From: an uncultured Thermoplasmata archaeon
GTDB lineage: Archaea > Thermoplasmatota > Thermoplasmata > Halarchaeoplasmatales > Halarchaeoplasmataceae
DNA: 60,677 bases
Assembly: GCA_964486225.1 (NCBI GenBank)
Contig: CAZAMQ010000003.1
Coordinates: 1-60,677, forward strand
Direction of reading: 5' to 3'
The translations under genes and the position numbers were made by a program. The notes beneath the pieces are model-generated. The model searched no databases. It had not been told where the DNA came from and saw only the letters and a program-made list of their open reading frames with translations. The stretch's first letter is position 1, and each line of letters begins with the position of its first letter. Of this stretch, positions 9,352-19,273 are shown one piece after another.

Positions 9352-12300
9352 ATGGCAGATAAAGAAGATTCCCTTCAACGGATGCTTGGACTGATGGCAG
9401 TGGTCATGTTGGTGTTTGGTATGTTTACGCCAATAATCGCTACTAGTGGAAACACATACGTAATACCTTTTGAAGATGATATCACTTCAGAAGACGATTG
9501 GATAATCGACGGTGTTATCGAATACGTCAACGTTTCCGAATCGTTTGTAGACAGAAATGTGATCATACGAAATGGTGGTAGACTATATCTGAATAACGCA
9601 ACATTTACATTGATGATAGACGGATTTAATCCATGGAGGATCACCGTGGAAACAGGAGGTCGGTTGATACTATGGAACAGCACAATTGAGACTCACCTAA
9701 CTAATAAGACAGTTTTAAGACCGTTCTTGAAGACAAATATCACCGCTCGTTCAGGCTCAACAATAATGTTGAGAGAGAACTCAGCCTTCGCCTTCCCCGG
9801 ATGGGTCTATATAGACGATTCCGAATTGATCTTGAAGAACTCGGAATTCAGGAGCGTCCCTCCAGAACACATTCCGGATAATTTGCCCGTCAACGATAAC
9901 GACGATTGCCCTATGTTGATGGCTGTCAACGATTCTTTGGTTCTACTGGAGGATTCCAAGATATCCGATTATTACATTAACAATGATATAAGATACGAAG
10001 AATGGGTTCCTTCGGAGAAAGGACCAAACGATACCACGGTGGGCCAATCTATTGTGAGTCTTTATGCAAACGACAACGACTTCTATGAAATAGAACCCGG
10101 TCAAACGATGGAGATCACCCAATGGTTTGCCCAACCGACCATAAATCAAGCAATCGACCATATCAATCCTAGGAACAGGTTAAAGAATCTTCATGTCGAG
10201 ATATATTACGTAACCGACGAAGGGTACGATGGAGCGGATATAGTAGAATATTCCAACTCTACGGTTACAAAGCAGGCGATGTCCATTATGGATACGGAGG
10301 GTTCGAAAGAATATGATTTCTACGGTATATGGGAAGTGGATCTCAGTTCATTTTACAGAGATGCCGATAACTTCTTCAAAGACATGCAATTGACTCTCAG
10401 TAATACAGGTACGGCGAGCAACATCTCCGTAGACAAGATAAACCTTGTATCTGCCTACGACAACTCCATCATCATCGAGGGTTCGGAATTTATAGTCATT
10501 AACAGCGAAATTGATATCGACTATCGAAGGAGTCAACCCAGCCTTAACCCAGGCGTGCAAACAAATCAAAACACCTACATGATGGATTACAATACGGAAC
10601 ACCGTGTGATAAAACTCTTAAACTCTGATCTGAAGGCTTATGGGTTATACCCGATGGGGGCGGAAACAGAACATACGCCCACACCGGATGGTGATCCCCC
10701 GATAATCGGTGATGAAGCATCACATAATCGCACATGGATATACAGATGGGTTACTGTAAAACCAATGGATAGTAGCGGAGCACCTTTAGCGAATGCAGAG
10801 GTAACCGCAGAGTTACAGACTAAATACAAGGATGAACTAGGCTCGAATCTTTACAATATGGTGATGGAGAATATAGATCCTTTCAATAATCTCGAAGCAT
10901 GGGATTACTTGAATAGAAGCGATATAGGTTATTTTGATCCGGATGAAGGACATTATGTTACCAGCACCCAAGGCAATGTCAACTTATTCCTAATCAGTGA
11001 TAGGTTAAATCATCCGAAAGATTGGCCCAATAGTCTTTTCATAGGTGATTATTATATAAATGTGACGGATAGTGATCTCGGATTTATCTCCAAAGACATC
11101 AGCCTACCTCCATTCCCACTCCTGAACTATACTAATAGTAACATCCAAATGGATATAATGTACGAAGATCAGATCCCCCTACCGGATCTTGCCATCACCG
11201 AGGACGATATATCTTTCATCGTAGATGATGAAGAAGTTGATTCTGTCAGAAACAACACAGATGTAGAGATATTAGTTGAGGTGCATAACGAAGGGGACCT
11301 TGTTGCTGAAGACGTCCCGGTTAATTTCTATATCTATGATTACGAAGAAGGAGTCTTTGATTTAATTGGACAGGACATTATAGATGTAGCCCCGGGAGGC
11401 AGCACAACGACCAGTATAATCTGGACTTCATATTTACATCCCTTTGGTGGAGAAGGATTCCCTATCAGAATCCATGTCAATCCTGATCAAGATCCGATAG
11501 AACATGATTACGACAACAACGTGGCAGAGAGATTCATATATGTGACCGAATTCCCAGACCTTATACCTGTGGATTTCAACATCGGCGAATCCGAGATATA
11601 CGCCGGTGAAGACCTGACCATTGAAACAAAGGTTCAAAATATCGGTTTATGGGAATCTCAACCCACGGTATTGACCTTCTATGTTGACCATGGTACCGAA
11701 AACGAGATGATAATCGACACTCTAAACGTACCAGGGTTGACCAGTGGACAGACGAGTGGGGAGATTCAAACGTTTTGGACCGCAGAACTCGTGGAATCCC
11801 CGTTGAATGAAACAAGGACTATCACTGTAAGAGTGAACTACCCGATGGAGGAAGAAAACGAGGAAGATACCAGTAACAACTGGGGTAACCGAACAGTAGA
11901 GGTGATGAACCCTGCGGACCTGTCGGTATCTCCGGATGATATTAGTTTCTCGGAAGTACTTCCACAAATTGGTCAAGATGTAGACATAACCGCCCGGGTT
12001 TGGAACTACGGAGGCGAGGAGGTGTCAACCATCGTTAGGTTCCTCAACCATACTGATTATGTGATCGAAGATGTAAACATTACCATACGATCTCAAGAAT
12101 ATATCGATGTAACTATCACCTGGACCCCGACCATAAGAGGCTATCGTGAGGTAACGGTCCATGTAGACCCCCATGAAGAGGAACATGAACTGGATCGAAG
12201 TAACAACATAGCAACCGTTCAACAACCTATCTTCAGTGAAGACTACCAATATGATCTTATTGTCAATAATGCAAACACACCAGTTACAAGAGGTACATTC

Positions 12301-14874
12301 ATATGCTCGGGCTTTGTTGTGGTCATGGAAAGCGGAAGGCTGTCAATCCAGGGCGATTCCACTAAAGCGAATTTCCAGATATCCCAGGATAGAAACTATC
12401 AATTCGGCATGATAATAATGAACCACGGAAGACTTGAAATCAACAGAGCACTCTTACATTCAGGACACTACTCATCGATAGATGTAAACGATCAAGGTGA
12501 GTTACATATAACAGACGACAGCATAGTTTATAATATGATGGAGATACATACATCAGGCGATTCTATACTCACGGTACAAGATAGCAATGTTGAAGGTAAC
12601 CTGACGATAGAAGGTGATGAATTCAACACTTACAACTCAGCCTTTACTTCGAGTAACATCTTCGTGCGACCGAACAACATAATCGGTGTGAATACCACAT
12701 TCCTAGGTAACCTTGATGATCTTCACGATACCACAGGAAGATTCACCGCAGTTATCACCCCACATATTCAGATGACGGGAACCTCTGAAATAGAGATATA
12801 CCGTTGGTGGAAAGTAACTACAGTAAGCTATGGAAACATACCCATAAGTGGTAGCGAGATAAGTATACTGGGTCTCATCGATGGTTATACAGATTCAGGC
12901 CTTACAAACGAAGATGGATACGTCTTATTACATGCTCGCACAGACATATTAACACCGACAGGGAAATACTTCGTTGGTAATTATGAGATAGGGGCTACGT
13001 ATAGTGAGAAGGGGCAGACCTTTGAAGTAGAGCCTTTTCCAACATCGCTACCATCATATCCATCAAGCCAACATGAGATATCAACAACCCTCACATTCGA
13101 TGACCTGATGCTTCCTGACCTAGATATAACTGATGAAGGTATCAGTACTGATGTATCAATCGTAACTGCAGGAGAACCAGTATGGATATCCGCAGCAGTA
13201 AGTAACATCGGATACCAAGATGCCCATAACGTTACCGTAGAGTTTTACCTTTTAACCGGAGAAGATGAGTACGAGTTGATAGGAACTGACAACCTCACGA
13301 CCATTCGGGCGGACCGAAATCGCACAGCAACGATTATGTGGACTTCCAGCATGACTTACTTTGATCTAAGGACCGAAGAAAGGGCTATACATGTATGGGT
13401 CAACCCGGATGTTGATCCTCTGTCCGACGCAAACACTGCCAATAATCAAGCTTCAACCAGTATAAACGTCAGAGCACCGCCGAATCTGCAGTTCACCGTT
13501 CCGGAAATAAGTATAGAAGTCGATGGTAATCCCATAGAAAATAATACCGTTACGGAAAGAGATGATTTATACATTACTACGCGCGCGGTGAACGACGGAG
13601 GAACAGATATCACTAACGCCAGTATAGAGATCACTTATTCCGGTGGTCTGATAGCAAGTTATGTGGTAGATATGCCAGTTGACGAAGTAATCAACATTAC
13701 AGAGATGTGGGAAATCGACGTAAACGGTGAAGAAAACATCACCATTTGGTTGAACTCCTCTTTGGAAAACCCAACATATTCTACATCTATTTCCCGAGAT
13801 ATAACGGCTGAACCCATGATTATGCGTTTCAGAGACCTCTCTATACCCCGCACTGACCAAGATATGGGTGAAAATATATGGGTAGAGGGAATACTAGAGA
13901 GAGATGATGGCAAACCTCTTCACAATATAGATGTTCATATATACCTCAGAGATGAGAACAATGATACCATAACCAGTACGATATCAACTACTGACGTAGA
14001 TGGTCACTTCGGTGGAACACTCATCACACCCGAAAGGACTGGAGAGTTCACCGTATGGATAATTCCGGACCATCCCAATGGAGAGTATAATCGGATAGGA
14101 TCCTTCGATGTGATCGGAGAAGATGTTTCTGTCATACCATGGTGGATATTGCTAATAGTGGCTGTAGCTGCTGTTGGAAGCGTTGGAGGTGTTATCCTCT
14201 TCCTCAAGTATAAAGGTGAAGGCGAATGGGTTGAATGCGGCGCATGCGGCGCAACCATCCCAGCAGATTCCAACGAATGTCCAAAATGTGGTACTGTATT
14301 CGAGATGGATACTGTAAAGTGCAGTGAATGCGGTGAATGGATACCGGAAGATTCTATCAACTGCCCCACCTGCGGAGCCGAGTTCATAACCACAGGGAAG
14401 GCCATAGAAGAATACAAAGAAACCATGGAAAGACAATACGATAAATACGTTAAAAAACATCGAGCAAAGGCGAGAAAAGTACTAGGTAAAAAATTCACCG
14501 AAGAGGAATTCATGAGATGGTGGAAGACCCAACCGGGATACATGACCTTTGATGAGTGGTTAGAACAAGAGGAAGAAAGACGCCGCAGAGGCGGTATCGA
14601 GTGCCCTGAATGCGGGTCAATAAATCCTATGGATGAAGCCATTTGTCAAAAATGTGGTTCAAGTCTCATACAGGTAGATAAATCGATAAAAAGAGAGAGT
14701 TCTACAAGAAGGCGAAAAGTCAAATCAGAGGACGAAGATCTGGAAGATCTGGACCTAGACCTAGATATCGAAGATGAATCGGAAGGCGAAGGCCCGCCGA
14801 CCGAAGGTGCAGTTAAAAAGGTGAAGAAAAGACCTAAGAAGGTAACAAAGAAGGTTAAAAAAGTGAAGAAGTGA
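9352..14874 (+). CDS. Giant membrane-anchored surface protein (beta-helix-like regions, CARDB/Ig repeats, TM helix, cytoplasmic zinc ribbons)
   Basis: Hydrophobic N-terminal signal; repeated PDL...V.N.G...NN CARDB pattern; TM WWILLIVAVAAVGSVGGVILFL; six CxxC pairs; Lys-rich tail. Confidence 0.85.
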   Translation: MADKEDSLQRMLGLMAVVMLVFGMFTPIIATSGNTYVIPFEDDITSEDDWIIDGVIEYVNVSESFVDRNVIIRNGGRLYLNNATFTLMIDGFNPWRITVETGGRLILWNSTIETHLTNKTVLRPFLKTNITARSGSTIMLRENSAFAFPGWVYIDDSELILKNSEFRSVPPEHIPDNLPVNDNDDCPMLMAVNDSLVLLEDSKISDYYINNDIRYEEWVPSEKGPNDTTVGQSIVSLYANDNDFYEIEPGQTMEITQWFAQPTINQAIDHINPRNRLKNLHVEIYYVTDEGYDGADIVEYSNSTVTKQAMSIMDTEGSKEYDFYGIWEVDLSSFYRDADNFFKDMQLTLSNTGTASNISVDKINLVSAYDNSIIIEGSEFIVINSEIDIDYRRSQPSLNPGVQTNQNTYMMDYNTEHRVIKLLNSDLKAYGLYPMGAETEHTPTPDGDPPIIGDEASHNRTWIYRWVTVKPMDSSGAPLANAEVTAELQTKYKDELGSNLYNMVMENIDPFNNLEAWDYLNRSDIGYFDPDEGHYVTSTQGNVNLFLISDRLNHPKDWPNSLFIGDYYINVTDSDLGFISKDISLPPFPLLNYTNSNIQMDIMYEDQIPLPDLAITEDDISFIVDDEEVDSVRNNTDVEILVEVHNEGDLVAEDVPVNFYIYDYEEGVFDLIGQDIIDVAPGGSTTTSIIWTSYLHPFGGEGFPIRIHVNPDQDPIEHDYDNNVAERFIYVTEFPDLIPVDFNIGESEIYAGEDLTIETKVQNIGLWESQPTVLTFYVDHGTENEMIIDTLNVPGLTSGQTSGEIQTFWTAELVESPLNETRTITVRVNYPMEEENEEDTSNNWGNRTVEVMNPADLSVSPDDISFSEVLPQIGQDVDITARVWNYGGEEVSTIVRFLNHTDYVIEDVNITIRSQEYIDVTITWTPTIRGYREVTVHVDPHEEEHELDRSNNIATVQQPIFSEDYQYDLIVNNANTPVTRGTFICSGFVVVMESGRLSIQGDSTKANFQISQDRNYQFGMIIMNHGRLEINRALLHSGHYSSIDVNDQGELHITDDSIVYNMMEIHTSGDSILTVQDSNVEGNLTIEGDEFNTYNSAFTSSNIFVRPNNIIGVNTTFLGNLDDLHDTTGRFTAVITPHIQMTGTSEIEIYRWWKVTTVSYGNIPISGSEISILGLIDGYTDSGLTNEDGYVLLHARTDILTPTGKYFVGNYEIGATYSEKGQTFEVEPFPTSLPSYPSSQHEISTTLTFDDLMLPDLDITDEGISTDVSIVTAGEPVWISAAVSNIGYQDAHNVTVEFYLLTGEDEYELIGTDNLTTIRADRNRTATIMWTSSMTYFDLRTEERAIHVWVNPDVDPLSDANTANNQASTSINVRAPPNLQFTVPEISIEVDGNPIENNTVTERDDLYITTRAVNDGGTDITNASIEITYSGGLIASYVVDMPVDEVINITEMWEIDVNGEENITIWLNSSLENPTYSTSISRDITAEPMIMRFRDLSIPRTDQDMGENIWVEGILERDDGKPLHNIDVHIYLRDENNDTITSTISTTDVDGHFGGTLITPERTGEFTVWIIPDHPNGEYNRIGSFDVIGEDVSVIPWWILLIVAVAAVGSVGGVILFLKYKGEGEWVECGACGATIPADSNECPKCGTVFEMDTVKCSECGEWIPEDSINCPTCGAEFITTGKAIEEYKETMERQYDKYVKKHRAKARKVLGKKFTEEEFMRWWKTQPGYMTFDEWLEQEEERRRRGGIECPECGSINPMDEAICQKCGSSLIQVDKSIKRESSTRRRKVKSEDEDLEDLDLDLDIEDESEGEGPPTEGAVKKVKKRPKKVTKKVKKVKK

Positions 14875-14882
14875 TGGGAAAA

Positions 14883-14907
14883 AGAGGATAGCTCGAAGCT
14901 ATCCTCT
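14883..14907 (+). terminator. Perfect 11-bp hairpin after the giant surface protein gene
   Basis: AGAGGATAGCT-CGA-AGCTATCCTCT followed by a pyrimidine-rich tract. Confidence 0.6.
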
Positions 14908-14981
14908 CCTTCTGCTTCCTTTTAAATACCTGATATGGTACAATATTAGGCGAGGCTATATAGAATGATACTTATCTCACC

Positions 14982-15759
14982 TTTGACAGTACCCTCCTAT
15001 TTATCACTTAAAATCGATCGACAAATTCGGTTTTTTAGACAAAATATCTACATTAAATTTGACCGTTGGATCAAACCACTCCATTTTTACACAACTGTCG
15101 AACTACACCTTCGGATGAAATGGCAAAGGTGGGTATGTAAAGCTCTTAAGTTTATTACTTTAGATCCTCCGTTGGAGACATATATTGTTGGTAAGGTACT
15201 TACACCATCGCTCGATCGTTGAAGCTTGAGATACTGCTAGATTCATGTAATAATAGTACCTCTGGAGCTGGTGTCATGAAACTCTTGTTTTTATCCCAAG
15301 TTTGACACTTAGCTCACGCTAATTTATGAGGAAAACGAAATGCTATAAACAGCTTTTCGTTCTCTTCAACCAGTAAAAGACACAAATTAAATAGAAAATT
15401 TTTGCCTTTTACTATTATCGTGAAAATGGATTTGACAGAAGTCTTTCCACCAGGAAATATTTCCTAGAGTCAACAGAAACTATCGTTTAGCTGTTGATTT
15501 TGGGTAAATATCAGATGCTTCTGTACGGTTACTACCGTTCCTATCGGAAAAGATATATTGTTGTTCGGTTTTATAACGATTCATAAGGTATTTGGCGAAT
15601 ACTTTGTGATGAGTTATTCGGAGAAAAAGAAGTCATTCTTTTTTCTTTGTAATGCATCTTGCTCTTAGAGATGTTAGTATGGGTTTGCATTAAACAAACT
15701 GAACTAAGAGCACCTTTTATCTCTTACTGTCAAACTTGGGTTTCATCGGTCAACCCAAG
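14982..15759 (+). ncRNA. Candidate large structured non-coding RNA of unknown class (alternative: MITE-like element)
   Basis: No credible ORF; about 15 stem-loops; end pairing TTTGACAGTA(14982-91)/TACTGTCAAA(15725-34); mostly + strand G-U pairs. Confidence 0.55.
15295..15740. repeat. 13-bp perfect inverted repeat spanning 446 bp
   Basis: CCCAAGTTTGACA (15295-15307) and TGTCAAACTTGGG (15728-15740). Confidence 0.9.
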
Positions 15760-15804
15760 GACCTCAAAGAGAATTTCTTAATGGTTAGAAAGGAGATGTT
15801 AATT

Positions 15805-16695
15805 TCAGGTAGATAACTTCATGTTGACCTTGGCATGAGTGTAACGTATCTCACTAACGTTATCCAAAGTGATGGTTATTTTATAAAGAGACTCACCACC
15901 ACCTGGGTCTACTACATCGATATCACTGTCCTCCACATCGGTTTCATTTTCAAACCAGTTTACCCATGCATCCGGTTGTCTTGTAGATAAAGAAAGAGTT
16001 ACATCACTGACCTCTCCTCTAACGGTTCTTCTGCTTGAGCTCCATAATTCGGTTGTCACACCTACCGAACCCGTTCCGTCGACGTTTTCTTCAGCACCGA
16101 TAATATCAACCATGGTGAGTCGTATAGCAAAATCATTACCATGCTTTTCTATCCCAATAGGTGGTGGTGCTCTCACTACCGCACGGTCCCGTTGTTCTAA
16201 AAGTATAGCACCGTGTTCGTAGATGACCGTTTGTTGCTCAAAATACCGATTCAATACTTCCAAGGACACACTTCCTGTTGAATGGAATCTTCTAGTAACG
16301 GTATCGCCATCAACCGTTTCATTGAAGACCAACACCATTCCGTCTATTTCCTGCATCATGCGAAATACGCCGGGAGTCTTACTTGCGAACATAGGTACAC
16401 CTTCTGATCCGAGTCTCACATATGAGTATAATGGATAATCTGTGATATCGTTCATGATGAGATTATCAATACTACCCTTCATCTGAGAGAACTGCATCAT
16501 CGCTTCATCCATGTGATAGGCTTCCTTGTCTTCCATCCAAACAGGAACGTACTGCTGGGTAATTAAAGAAAGTAAACTCAGGAAAACCAGCAATGCCATG
16601 ATGGTCCCCACGGTGGCAGCAACACCTTCCTGATCCGATTTATTCAACTTTCTCCTTTTTATGAAGTTTTTATCCTTAATATTTCTATCCTTCAT
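15805..16695 (-). CDS. Type IV pilin-like protein with class III signal peptide
   Basis: Charged leader, then QEG/VAATVGTIMALLVFLSLLSLI hydrophobic helix; last gene of the pilus operon. Confidence 0.7.
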   Translation of the reverse strand: MKDRNIKDKNFIKRRKLNKSDQEGVAATVGTIMALLVFLSLLSLITQQYVPVWMEDKEAYHMDEAMMQFSQMKGSIDNLIMNDITDYPLYSYVRLGSEGVPMFASKTPGVFRMMQEIDGMVLVFNETVDGDTVTRRFHSTGSVSLEVLNRYFEQQTVIYEHGAILLEQRDRAVVRAPPPIGIEKHGNDFAIRLTMVDIIGAEENVDGTGSVGVTTELWSSSRRTVRGEVSDVTLSLSTRQPDAWVNWFENETDVEDSDIDVVDPGGGESLYKITITLDNVSEIRYTHAKVNMKLST

Positions 16696-16705
16696 GTTTA
16701 CGACC

Positions 16706-18334
16706 TCACATTTCTAGTTCTTCTTTAACCATATCCATCACAGATTTTTTATCCCTGTAATAGGCAGCTGTTATCTGCGTGAAATCTTTGTAATTGATGA
16801 TACCTTTTTGATTCATGTACTCCAACACCATCTTTCGTCGTTTTACTTCTCTTTCCATCTCTCTAGAGGTCCAGTTCTTAGATTGTGCTACTTTACTATA
16901 CACGTAACTGTGACCACTGTAATTGAATGTATCATCAGCCGGATTCCAAGTGTATGCATTGTTGGTTATAAGTTCGTTGGAATCGGGTTCAACACCAACG
17001 ACCTCAGTAACAGCTTTGATTCTTCTTGTCATCTTAGTGCCCACTTTGACTTTGCCTTGAAGTAGTACGATGTCAAGTGCTGCGACCAATGCTCTAGGCA
17101 AGTTGATCGGTTCGTTCTCCATTCTGTTAACAAGAGTTTGTACATCATCGGCATGGAATGTAGTGTAGGCTGCTTTACCGGTTGCCATCGCCTGGAAAAC
17201 CACGTAGGCCTCAGGCCCTCTTACTTCTCCAACCATCAAGTACTGCGGCCTTTGGCGTAAAGCGGCTTGTAAAAGTTCGAACATGTCTATCTCTCCGGCC
17301 TTTATACCACTATCATCCATCTCCCCGAAACCACTCCGAGTGAGTAAGGGTACCCAATTGTCGTGGGGTAGATTTAGCTCTCGCGTATCTTCTATACTGA
17401 CGATCTTCATCTGTGGAGGTATGAACAAGAGTATGGCATTCAAAGTAGTGGTCTTTCCGGATGCCGTACCGCCACATATGAGCATAGATTGACCGTTTTC
17501 CATGGCGATCCAAGCATATGCCATCATCTCAGGGTTGAATGTTTTGAAATGGATCAAGTTGATCGGGGTGTAAGGTTCTTCTTCGAACCGACGAATTGTA
17601 AAAGAGGACCCCCTTTGGGTTACGTGGGTTCCCAAGGTCTGCTGCAACCTAGAACCATCGGGCATGGTTGCATCAAGCATGGGATCAGCAACGGATATGT
17701 GTTTACCACTCCTCTGGGCGATCCAAACAACGAAATTATCCAATTCGTCAGCATCATCAAACTGTACATTCGATTTCATGGAGCCGTACTTTCTGTGGAA
17801 CACGAAGATGGGGATACCTACTCCATCACACGAGATATCCTCGGGGTCCACATCGTGCATTATCACGTCTATGGGGCCATAACCAAGGAAATCACGTCTT
17901 ATGTAGTATAAAATTCTCTTTTCAAAAACCGGTCTTAAAGTGATGTCCATATCCCTAAGGATCTTATGGATCTTACTCTCGAGATATTGTACCCTTTCTT
18001 CCTCTTCTTCGAGGTCAACTAGCTCCACATCCTCTATAAGGCGTTCTTTTACTGTGTGTAATAAAGCTTCTTCGTCCTCATCTAGATCGGGCTCGATTAC
18101 CTCATATATATATTCGTTAGATCGGTTATCATACTTTATCCTTACATATGAATATGGCTCATTCACAGGGTTGAGCTCTATCTCTTTAACGCCCTCTTCG
18201 GATATCTTCGGTATCTTGGTGATCTCCTCCTGATATCCATCCTGAGATTTTCCTGTTGGCATATAAACCTTCTTCGGTCTGCTTCGAGCGCTAAACGAAC
18301 TTAATTTGTTTTTTATTTTATCACTGATTGCCAT
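16706..18334 (-). CDS. Type II/IV secretion / pilus assembly ATPase (TadA/ArlI/VirB11 family)
   Basis: GGTASGKTT, SIEDTREL, LRQRPQYLMVGEVRG, TFHA. Confidence 0.93.
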   Translation of the reverse strand: MAISDKIKNKLSSFSARSRPKKVYMPTGKSQDGYQEEITKIPKISEEGVKEIELNPVNEPYSYVRIKYDNRSNEYIYEVIEPDLDEDEEALLHTVKERLIEDVELVDLEEEEERVQYLESKIHKILRDMDITLRPVFEKRILYYIRRDFLGYGPIDVIMHDVDPEDISCDGVGIPIFVFHRKYGSMKSNVQFDDADELDNFVVWIAQRSGKHISVADPMLDATMPDGSRLQQTLGTHVTQRGSSFTIRRFEEEPYTPINLIHFKTFNPEMMAYAWIAMENGQSMLICGGTASGKTTTLNAILLFIPPQMKIVSIEDTRELNLPHDNWVPLLTRSGFGEMDDSGIKAGEIDMFELLQAALRQRPQYLMVGEVRGPEAYVVFQAMATGKAAYTTFHADDVQTLVNRMENEPINLPRALVAALDIVLLQGKVKVGTKMTRRIKAVTEVVGVEPDSNELITNNAYTWNPADDTFNYSGHSYVYSKVAQSKNWTSREMEREVKRRKMVLEYMNQKGIINYKDFTQITAAYYRDKKSVMDMVKEELEM

Positions 18335-18342
18335 ATTATCAT

Positions 18343-19266
18343 CTATCCCATTATTGATAAGCCTCCAAAGAGTATGCGCAAGGCTACGAAGCCCATAAGG
18401 GTAAGTACGAAGCTGTGCTGCATACCGCTGGCTATCTTCCCTGTTTGCAATACGCCGGCAACGATGCCGTCACCCACTGCATGGGCGAATACCGCCAAAG
18501 TGAATATGTATCTTATAACGGGTATGTTCTCCGTTCTGATTTCCGCCGTGCCTGTACCACCAACAGTTTCCATACCCTCGCTTCCTTCCAGATGAGCACC
18601 TGCTTCCGCCATCTGGGCAAGAAACTGTGTGTTCAATATTATTATGACTACGATAAAGACAGCGAATGAGATATAGATAACCGCCAGATAAGAGGTCATC
18701 GCTATCTTTTGTTCATCTTCTGAAAGATGTACTTCCTTCGTATCTTGAGAAACAAGGGTGAGGACATCTGCAACATTACCCCCTGCATCGTTAGCCTTGA
18801 TTATTATAGCAACCACCCTATTTACCAATGGAGTATCTATTCTATCTGCAAAGTTATTTAGTGCCTGTGAAGCTGGAATACCCCAATCGATCTGTGCCGC
18901 CATCTTTTGTATCTCGGGCGTTAATTTACCATAGCGACCGGAAGCAGACACTACAATAGCATCGGCAAGGGTCATGCCAAAACGTCCGGCTTCAGCCACA
19001 TCTCTAAGGAAAAAGGGCAGTTTCCTTTCTATTTTCTCGATCTCACTCTGTTTACGACTCACATAAAAACCGAAGGGGCCTAAAAATCCCATTGCGGATA
19101 TCATGGCCCAATCCAACGGTTCAAGAGGGATAGGGGCTGCTTCTAATGCATCTAGTATCATTATGAAGATAAACACAGCTGCAATCACAGATGAAACTAT
19201 GAGTATCTCTCGAGCATATCCGAGCCGCATCAGTTTTTGGAAGGGAGTCCTTTCTTCTTCTGCCAT
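18343..19266 (-). CDS. Type II secretion F-domain (TadC-like) platform protein
   Basis: LPFFLRDVAEAGRFGMTL and AGGNVADVL motifs; several TM helices. Confidence 0.88.
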   Translation of the reverse strand: MAEEERTPFQKLMRLGYAREILIVSSVIAAVFIFIMILDALEAAPIPLEPLDWAMISAMGFLGPFGFYVSRKQSEIEKIERKLPFFLRDVAEAGRFGMTLADAIVVSASGRYGKLTPEIQKMAAQIDWGIPASQALNNFADRIDTPLVNRVVAIIIKANDAGGNVADVLTLVSQDTKEVHLSEDEQKIAMTSYLAVIYISFAVFIVVIIILNTQFLAQMAEAGAHLEGSEGMETVGGTGTAEIRTENIPVIRYIFTLAVFAHAVGDGIVAGVLQTGKIASGMQHSFVLTLMGFVALRILFGGLSIMG

Positions 19267-19273
19267 CTTATCA

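Noticed and set aside
14965..15222. 85-aa ORF within the structured region
   Set aside because: No recognisable motif or SD; probably a chance ORF.
15328..15480. RNase P RNA (GAGGAAA and CAACAGAAAC resemble CR-I and CR-II)
   Set aside because: No P4 pairing, no CR-III to CR-V in the right order, and too AT-rich.
15469..15563. Group I or group II intron
   Set aside because: AAGATATA is not followed by a P7-forming GTC; no GTGCG 5' end or domain V; no interrupted host gene.
14875..15804. Replication origin (AT-rich gap with ORB-like TCCGTTGGAGAC and TTCCACCAGGAAAT)
   Set aside because: The motifs differ from each other, lack G-strings and no cdc6/orc1 is adjacent. Not fully excluded without GC-skew data.
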